Below are positions 38,201-47,200 of a stretch of 64,000 nucleotides of DNA, one piece after another. Source of the stretch: Gammaproteobacteria bacterium (GTDB taxonomy: Bacteria > Pseudomonadota > Gammaproteobacteria > CBDBNL01 > G965229495). The position numbers were made by a program, and so were the translations under genes. Location: contig OZ245880.1 in assembly GCA_965229495.1 (NCBI GenBank), forward strand, positions 2,357,211 to 2,421,210, given 5' to 3'. The number at the start of each line of letters is the position of its first letter. The first letter of the stretch is position 1. Under the pieces are notes generated by a model, which saw nothing but the letters and a program-made list of their open reading frames with translations, was not told the origin of the DNA and did no database searches.

Positions 38201-41200
38201 AACACCTACGAACTGAGCATCGCTGCCACCGACGCCATCGGCAAGCAAGCCAGCCAAAGCCTGACTATCACCGTCAACAATCTCAACGACAACCCTCCGC
38301 AATTCGCCCTCAGCGCTAACTCCTTCGACGTCGCCGAGAACAGCACCGCCGTCGCCGCCATCGCTGCCGCCGACGCCGATGGCGACGACCTTACTTTCTC
38401 TCTAACAAACAGCGCCGACGCCAGCTTCTTCACCCTCGACCCCACCAGCGGCGCCCTAAGCTTCACCCAAGCCCCCGACTTCGAGAACCCCGCTGATGAC
38501 AACACCGACAACATCTACGAACTCGAACTCAGCGTCGCCGACGGCAGCCACACCACCACCCAGGAAATTACCATCACAGTCACCAACGTCGACGAAGCCC
38601 CCGCCTTCGCCGCTACCACTCAAGATTTACCCATCAACGAAAACACCAGCGGCAGCTTCTACCAGGCCCAAGCCACAGACCCCGAACAAGCCACTCTGAC
38701 CTACAGCGCCAGCGGCGCCGACGCCAGCTTGTTCACCTTAGATAGCAGCAGCGGCGACCTCGGCTTCATCACCCCACCCAACTACGAGCAACCAACCGAC
38801 CAAGGCACCGACAACGTCTACCAACTCGACATCAGCGCCAGCGACGGCGCCAACCAAACCAGCCAAGCTGTAACCATCACCGTCGCCGACGTCAACGAAG
38901 CTCCGAGCTTCGCCAGCGCCAGCGTCAATATTGATACCGACGAAAACGCCGCCAGCTTCGTCCACATAGTCGACGCCGCCGACGACCCGGATCAAGGCGA
39001 AACACTTACCTACCAACTCGGCGGCGACGACGCAGCCGCCTTCGACTTCGACGCCGCCACCCGCGCCCTCAGCTTCAAACAAAGCCCCGACTACGAGCAA
39101 CCAACCGACCAAGACAGCAACAACGTCTACCAAATCGACATCATCGCCTCTGATGGCGAATACGATACCACCCAAAGCATCGCCATCGCCGTAACAGACC
39201 TTAACGACGAAGCCCCGCAATTCACCAGCGCCAGCTCCTTGGCGCTCGACTACACCGGCGTCGTCGTTGGCGCCATCGTCTACACCGCGCAAGCCACCGA
39301 CGCCGATGCTGGCGATAGCGTTGTCTACACCCTCGGCGGCGCCGACTCCAGCGCCTTCGGCTTCGACTCCAGCAGCGGCGCGCTCGCCTTCGTCCAGGCG
39401 CCGAGCTTAGAGACTCCCAAAGACGCCGACGCCAATAACATCTACCAACTCAGCATCAGCGCCACCGACCTCGCCAACAACAGAAGCGACCTGGATTTGA
39501 GCATTAGCGTCGTCGACGACACTGGCAGCGCGCCGACATTCGCACAAGCCAGCGCCAGCATCGCCGTCGACGAAAACACTATCAGCACCATCTACACCGC
39601 GCAAGCCACCGACGTTGACCCAGGCGACATCCTCACCTACAGCATCGACGGCACCGACTCCACACTTTTCACCATCGATCCCAGCAGCGGCGACCTCGCC
39701 TTCAACCAAGCCCCCGACTACGAGAACCCCGCCGACAGCGGTCAAAACAACACCTACGACCTCAGCATCACAGCCACCGACGCCATCGGCAAGCAAGCAA
39801 GCCAAAGCCTGACTATCACCGTCAAAAACCTCAACGACAACCCGCCACAATTCGCCCTCAGCGCTAACTCCTTCGATGTCCCCGAAAACACCACCACCAT
39901 CACCACCATCACCGCCACCGACCCTGATGGCGACGATCTAACTTTCTCTCTCACAAACAGCACCGACTCTAACCTCTTAACCATCGACCCCACCAGCGGC
40001 GCCCTAAGCTTCAACCAAGCCCCCGACTTCGAGAGCCCCGCTGATGACAACGACGACAACACCTACGAGCTCGAACTCAGCGTCGCCGACGGCACCCACA
40101 CCACCACCCAAGCCATCACCGTCAGCGTAACCAACGTCAACGACGTCGCCCCCAGCTTCGCCGCCGCCACCGACTCGGCCAGCGCCCCCGAAAACACCAG
40201 CGGCGTCGTCTACACCGCCAGCGCCACCGACATCGAAGGCGACACTCTAACTTACAGCCTCGCAGGCACCGACTCCAGCTACTTCACCATCGACCCCAGC
40301 AGCGGCGCCCTCAGCCTCGCCAGCGCTCTCGACTTTGAAAACCCCCAAGACCAAAACAGCAACAACGACTACGAACTCAGCATCACCGCCTCCGACGGCG
40401 CCAACAGCGCCAGCCTCGCGCTCACCGTTCTAATCCAAGACCTCAACGACAACAGCCCCGCCTTCGGCTCAGCCTCAGAGACAATCCAAGTCCCGGAAAA
40501 CACCAGCGGCAGCATCTACACCGCCAGCGCCACCGACCTTGACGCCACCGACACCATCACCTACAGCCTCTCCGGCACCGACTCCGCCCTCCTGCAAATC
40601 GACCCCACCAGCGGCGCCCTCAGCTTCCAGCAAGCACCCGACTACGAAAACCCCCAAGACCAAAACAGCAACAACGTCTACGAACTCACCATCACCGCCA
40701 CCGACACGGGCAACAACAGCAACCAACTCGCCCTAACCATCGAAATCCTCAATACCAGCGAGCAACCACCAGAGATCACCCAGCTAATCGGTGGCGACCA
40801 AGCCATCGACTTCACCTTTGACGACTTCGGCACCTCCAAGCAGCTCAGCATCTACCGCTTCACCGACGACGCTTGCAGCACCGCCGACCTCGCCTCCGAC
40901 CACACGCAGTGCTACGCCAGCGACGACACCAGCGGCGACACCGCCAGGCTCGACTTCAGCGGCGCCCTCAGCTCCGCCGATTACCAGGTCAGCGATTCCG
41001 GCCTGCGCGCCGGCCAGCGTTATTACTACCAGATATGGGCAGCCGAATCCAGCTCGGCATCTGATATCGGCGTCTGGTCGCAGCGCTACAGCGCCATGAC
41101 CTGGCCGGCCGCCGACGTCGGCACCACCCTCGGCTACGATGCCAGCTCCACCGGCGGCACGCAAATAGTCCTCAGCTTCGTAGCCCCCAGCTCCGGCGAC

Positions 41201-44200
41201 GACGATTACTATCACTTCCTGCGCCATAGCGACCCCGATTGCGCCAGTTATGCCGCAGGCACCGCGCTCAACCGCGCCGATTACAGCGATTGGAGCGCCC
41301 TGGTCGACCCCATAAACGGCGGCACCTGCTCCGGCCTCACCGAGCTCAGCCTCAGCGGCACCAACCTGCACGCCCCCAGCGGCGGCGCCAGCGATAGCCA
41401 CACCGACAGCGGCCTCGCCGAAGGCACTACTTATTATTACCTGCTGCGCACGGTCAACTATTCCGGCGCCAACGGCGTCGACTTCACCACCCGCTCCGGC
41501 GCCTCGGCGACCTCGAATCAATTGCAGTGGACCACCGTGCCGCCCGCGCCTGCAGCCGACGACCTGCAAATCCTCAGCAGCCCTGCCGTAGCCGCCGACC
41601 AAATCAGCATCGCCTTCGCCTCCGTAGCTGGCGCCAGCAGCTATAAGCTCGTGCGTTACATCCCGGCCAATTGCAGCGTAGCCGACCAGCAAATCAGCAG
41701 CGTCGAGGGCTGCTCGGCAAGCGCTGGTTACGCCGAGCAAGACTTCAGCGCCGCGCAATCGTCTTACACCGACAGCGGCCTGCAAGCCGGCACCACTTAC
41801 GCTTACCAGTATCGCGCGCTCAACGCCGCCGGCAGCTCGCAATATTCACCCGCCGTCAGCGCCAGCACCACCTTCGATAAGCCGACCATCAGCCTCGCCA
41901 GCTCGGTCAGCCTGGCAGATGCCAACGTCATCAGCGTCAGTTGGTCAGCCAGCAGCGGCATCGATAGCTACAGCATCCTCGGCTCCAGCAATGAGTCCTG
42001 CCTAATCAGCGCCACCGCCAGCGCCGACCCCCAAGCCTCAGCCGCCGCTTGCGAACACAGCATAAACCGCACCGCTACCAGCTCGGCGACTTCCATAGAC
42101 ATCGACCAGCTCGACGACGGCAGCGCGCTCGCCTCGGGCAGCTATTACTACTTCGCTGCCGCCGCCGTCTCCTCCAGCGGCTCCAGCGACTATTCCGATG
42201 TCGCCAGCGCCATCACCGCCCCCGCCAGCCCCAACGTCATCAGCCTCAGCCCTGGCTATCGGCAAGTCGAAGTCGCCTGGGATGTCCCCGCAGGTAGTGC
42301 GGAAAACGTCCTCTATCGCTACACCGATAGCACCTGCTCGCTGTCAAGCTTCCCCAGCAATTGCGGGCTCGATACCGGCAGCTACACCTTCACTAGCTCT
42401 ATACCCAACGATGCCTACATAGACGACAACTCTGGCAACGGCTTGGTCGACAACCAGATGTACTACTACGCGCTCCAAGCCAGCAACGCTGGCGGCGCCC
42501 GCTACACCGAATCGGCGTCGGTGCCCGTCGTGCTCACCGCGCCCAAAACCCCCGATAGCCTCATCGCCAGCGGCGAGCGCCTGGCTGTGCAATTGCGCTG
42601 GGGCTCGTCGCCCACTGATGCTGACGACGGCGTCGCCGGTTACGAAATCCTGCGCTCCAGCTCCAGCACTTGCTACGGCGGCAGCATCAGCGCCTACGCC
42701 GATTACGCCAGTTGCCCCGATGCTGCCCTGTTCCTTTTTGACTACGGCAGCGGCGAGGGTCAGAACGAATACCAATTCAGCGATAGTGATCTCGACCCCA
42801 GCAGCGGCAGTGAGCCACTCGCAGGCGGCAGCACCTATTACTACTGGATACGCTCCTTCTACGGCAGCCCCAGCGCTAACGATGCTATCTACAGCGCCTC
42901 CACCAGCGCCCCGACATCCGCCACGCCTATACTACCCGCGCCCGCCAATCTCGCCGTAGACGCCGAGCAAAGCGCCAGCGGCACCAGCACCGACATCAGC
43001 ATCGCATGGGACGAGGTCGAAACTGCCAGCGGCTACGTGCTCTATCGCACCACCAGCGCCGACTGCCTAACCATCGTCAACCGCAACACTAGCGAGGCGC
43101 AAAATGACTGCGCCGATTACCAGCGCGAAGAGCTATCCGGCAGCAGCACCACCGCAACCACCCATAGCGACCTCCCCAGCGATACCATCTATTACTACTA
43201 CGTCGCCGCCGCCAATAGCGCCGTCGAGGGCGAACTGAGCTCGGCGCTCTCTACCCGCAGCGCCACCGTCGCCCCCACCATCACCAGCACCCAAACCTAT
43301 AGCAATACCGTCGTCAGAGTCGAATGGGACGCCAGCTCGGATTACGACGCCACTTACCACCTCTACGCTTACAGCGGTGATTCCAGTTGTAACCCTTTCA
43401 CCGCCGAGTGTCCGCACGAAAGCCTAACTACCTTCACTGCCGATGGCAGCAGCGATTATTACAACTACGCCCAGCAATTAGAGCCCGGAACGCATTACAA
43501 CTTCAAAATGCTCGCCATCACCGAGTACGAGCAAGAAGACGGGACTGAGGATTTTGTCCACGGCGCCATTTCCAGCGCCGCCGCCACTGCCACCACTGCC
43601 GCCAACCATCCCACCATAACTGGCCACGAGTATGTCGACTACGATTATTTCGATCTTTTCGTCTCCATAGAGGGCGGTCTCGATTCAGTTCTTTACTGGG
43701 TGCTGTATACGCTCGATCCCAATTGCAGCGTAAACGACGTGATAGCCGGCCAATGCGCCTTGGGTGGTCAATTGGGCACTGCCGAGCCAGCTAGCAGCAT
43801 TCGCCTGGCTAACTACGATTTTGGTGTTTATTACTACGTCCTTAGCCTGAACTCCGAGGATTACTCCCTCTTAACTCCAGACGAAGACACCCCTCCATAT
43901 CTAGTGCCAGGGCGCCCGGCGCAGGTGGAATTAAGCGTCAACGCCACGAAAAACTCCAGCGGCAACGGCAGCGACGTCAAAATCGAATGGCAGCAATCCA
44001 GCGGCGTCGATGGCTACGTCTTGTACCGCACCACCAGCTCCGGCTGCATAACTGATTCTGACCGCAGTGGCACCAACTGCGAAGATTATCAGCGCCAGGA
44101 AATCTCCGGTTCATCAACCACCAGCATCACCCACAGCAACCTGCCCAACGATACTATCTACCATTACTCGGTAGCCACCATCAGCAATGGCTCCGAGGGC

Positions 44201-47200
44201 GCCCTCAGCGAGAGCATCGGCACCCACACCGCCACCAGCGCGCCGCCCATAGTCGATGTGATCACTTATAACGAAAGCCAGATCGAAGTTACTTGGTGGG
44301 CAACCTCAGCCTTTGAGACCGATTACTACATTTATGCCTATAGCGGCGACGCCAGTTGCGACCCTCATGCCGAAGTTTGTCCAGGTGAGAAATTAGTTTC
44401 GGTAGCTTTCGATTTCAGCGCCGAATACACCACTGTTTTCACAGGCCTGACCCCAGGCACGCGCTATAACTTCAAGGCTTATTCTAATGTCGCATACAAT
44501 CAGGAAAATGGCGGAACCGACTATATCGTCGGCTACATATCAGAAACCGCCAAAACTAACTACACCTTCGCTAACCACCCCACCATCACCGGCCACCAGG
44601 AAAACGACGACGGCGACATCTTGCTCGAATTTGCCATAGACGGCGGCACCGATGATTTAACCTACTACATATTTAGAACCACTAACGGCGATTGCACCAT
44701 AAGCGAAGTTGTCAATTCCGAGAGCAAATGCACCGATCTCGGCACTGCCACTGCCACTCCGGAGCAAAACATAATCTTTCATAAAGTCGACGATAACGAT
44801 TACTACTACCATGTCATCAGCGCTAATCCATTAGGACCCTTGGCGTGGGACGATAGCGTCGCGCCCTACTACATAGCTTCCTATGTAGTAGTAAAAGATA
44901 TCGATGTTGAAATGACTCACCTTGTGGCTCATTCCAATTCTGATTTCATTACCATTGATTTTGTTGCAGCAGAGCCCATACCTGCCGACAACAAGTGGAC
45001 TATGCGTATGTACCCGCCTTTGATAGAAAATTCTGAAGTAGAAGAATTTGTACTTACTGATGAGCAGATTAACGGTGACTCGGCGTTGGCGTTCCAGATA
45101 AAACCCCAATATTATTTCCAACCGCATGCATTTGAGCTCTACGCTTCTCGGCTTGATGACACCGACTACATTCTCCTCGCGAGCTTTATTGTTTGGGATA
45201 TTCAGCCACCACCTCTGGTAGCGGTAGAGAAAAATGCCGATAGTAATAAATATAGTGAAGAAAAAGACTTTGATATCTATATTCTACACTATCACGACGA
45301 TTTCGATGTCAGTTCCGTAGTCGGTATTGAGACTCTCAAGGCTGATATAACTATGATTTTTACTGATGCTGATGCTGTGTTTTGCCGCCCTCCATATGTT
45401 CCAATAGTTGATATGATTTATGGCAATTGCCCACTTGTCCGTTCTTACTCCGAGTTTGATGGTTCTGAGCTGCTTTTTAACCGAGTAGCGGGAGATACTG
45501 GTAATCAACTCCTCCACGATGTTGTAGTTAGTAGTAATGAAACCTTTCAAGCTTCCCAAGGTCTCTTTCAAGTATACGATATTACTTTCGCTGGCACCAC
45601 ACCTATATACGACGACCAGGATGACCCCTGGAGTTTTTTTATGGGTCCCTACATAAGTAGCTTTACCATCGATACCGATTTTGGCAAGTATAGCCTCGAT
45701 TATGAAGAGGCTTTCTCATACCTGTCTATAGAACTGGCGTTTGGAGATGATGAGATGGCTGAATTCCAAGTCTATGGCAGCAGCTCTTCAAATGCACTGC
45801 TCCCCACTCCCACTCTGGTGCTTAGCCCAGCGCTGCTATCCCAAGGCTTGAGCGCTGGCAGCGCTTACAACTCCTGGGATCTGCACCTGCTCTGGGAAGC
45901 CATCAACGGCATCAACTCCTACGCCATCCACGAATACAGCGATTCCGATTGCGCCTACCTGCTCTCAGCCCCCGAGCTCTGCGGCAATTACAACCTGCAC
46001 AGCAGCCTCAGCCCCGATTTCAGCCATGCCTTCGCCGCCGCCGACATGGGCAGCTACTTCTACTATCGCCTACAAGCCTACGACGCCGCCGGCAATTCCA
46101 GCGAGCTCGGCGAGCAGATCGCCGTGCACATCCCCCAAGCGCTCAACGATAGCGGCGTCGATATTTGCGTCGTTTCTGATGCCCTCAGCGGCGCCCAGGA
46201 TTGCGCCAGCGGCCGCGATGCCAATGTCGCCGCCAGCGCCAAAGTCGGCTCCGGCTCCGCTGGCTTTGACTTCAGCCTGCTCGAAACCGAAGCCGACGCC
46301 AGCGCCAGCTCCGACTCGCACTGCGTCCACGACAACACCACTGGCCTCAGCTGGTCGTCCTGGTCAGTGCCCGCCGACGAACTGGCTTCCGCCGCCGATC
46401 CCGAAACTAATGCCACCCGCAGCAGCGCCACCTTCGCCGAGCTCGCCACCATCACCCTTGACGCTTGCGGGTATAGCGATTGGAGCCTGCCCAGCATCCA
46501 CGAGCTGCTATCCATCGCCGATTACAACCAATCCGAGGCTAAGATCGATAGCAGCTTCTTCACCGACTTCAACAGCAGCCAACCCAGCTACTGGAGCGCC
46601 AGCGGCCACATCCTCGATTTCAGCAGCGGCGACATCAGCCTCGAAGCCAACGCCAGCGCCGCCCACAGCGTCCTCCTCGTGCGCGGTGATCGGCGTTGGG
46701 GGCATGACTTTGGCGCCGAGCGCTTCCAATTAGTCGAGCACATCGATGATGGCAACACCAGCATCCACCTGGTCTACGACAACCACAGCCAACTGCACTA
46801 CGCCCCCTGCCTCGCCGGCCAAAGCTACGACCCGGTCAACCATAGCTGCCTGGGCGCGCCCACCGAACTCGACTACATCGACAGCCTCAACGCCTACGAC
46901 AGCAACTCCACCTGGCGCCAACCCAACATCAAAGAACTAATCGCCATCCTCGACCCCACCCACAACCTCCTCCCCAACCCCACCTACTTCCCCAACCCAA
47001 CCTCCACTTCTGATCCCAACTCTTCCTCTGATTCCAACTCCACCTCTGATTCTTCAAACGATTTTTCCTCTGATACAGTTTCCGCTTCCACCACCAGCTC
47101 CCCATACCCAGCACCAATCTTCATCCTCACCCCCAGCTCCCAAAGCTCAGACCACATCACCGGCCGCCAACTCAACCCCAACAACCAATCCACCACCCCC

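Noticed and set aside
40784-41842. A 352-aa minus-strand ORF, plus many other 60-285-aa antisense or off-frame ORFs inside the giant genes (for example 31160-31948, 34751-35524, 55056-55913, 18600-19295, 9885-10547)
   Set aside because: All lie wholly inside long ORFs that carry strong domain motifs. They have low-complexity Gly/Ala/Val/Asp-rich or Pro/Ser/Thr-rich translations, typical of alternative frames of GC-rich repeats.
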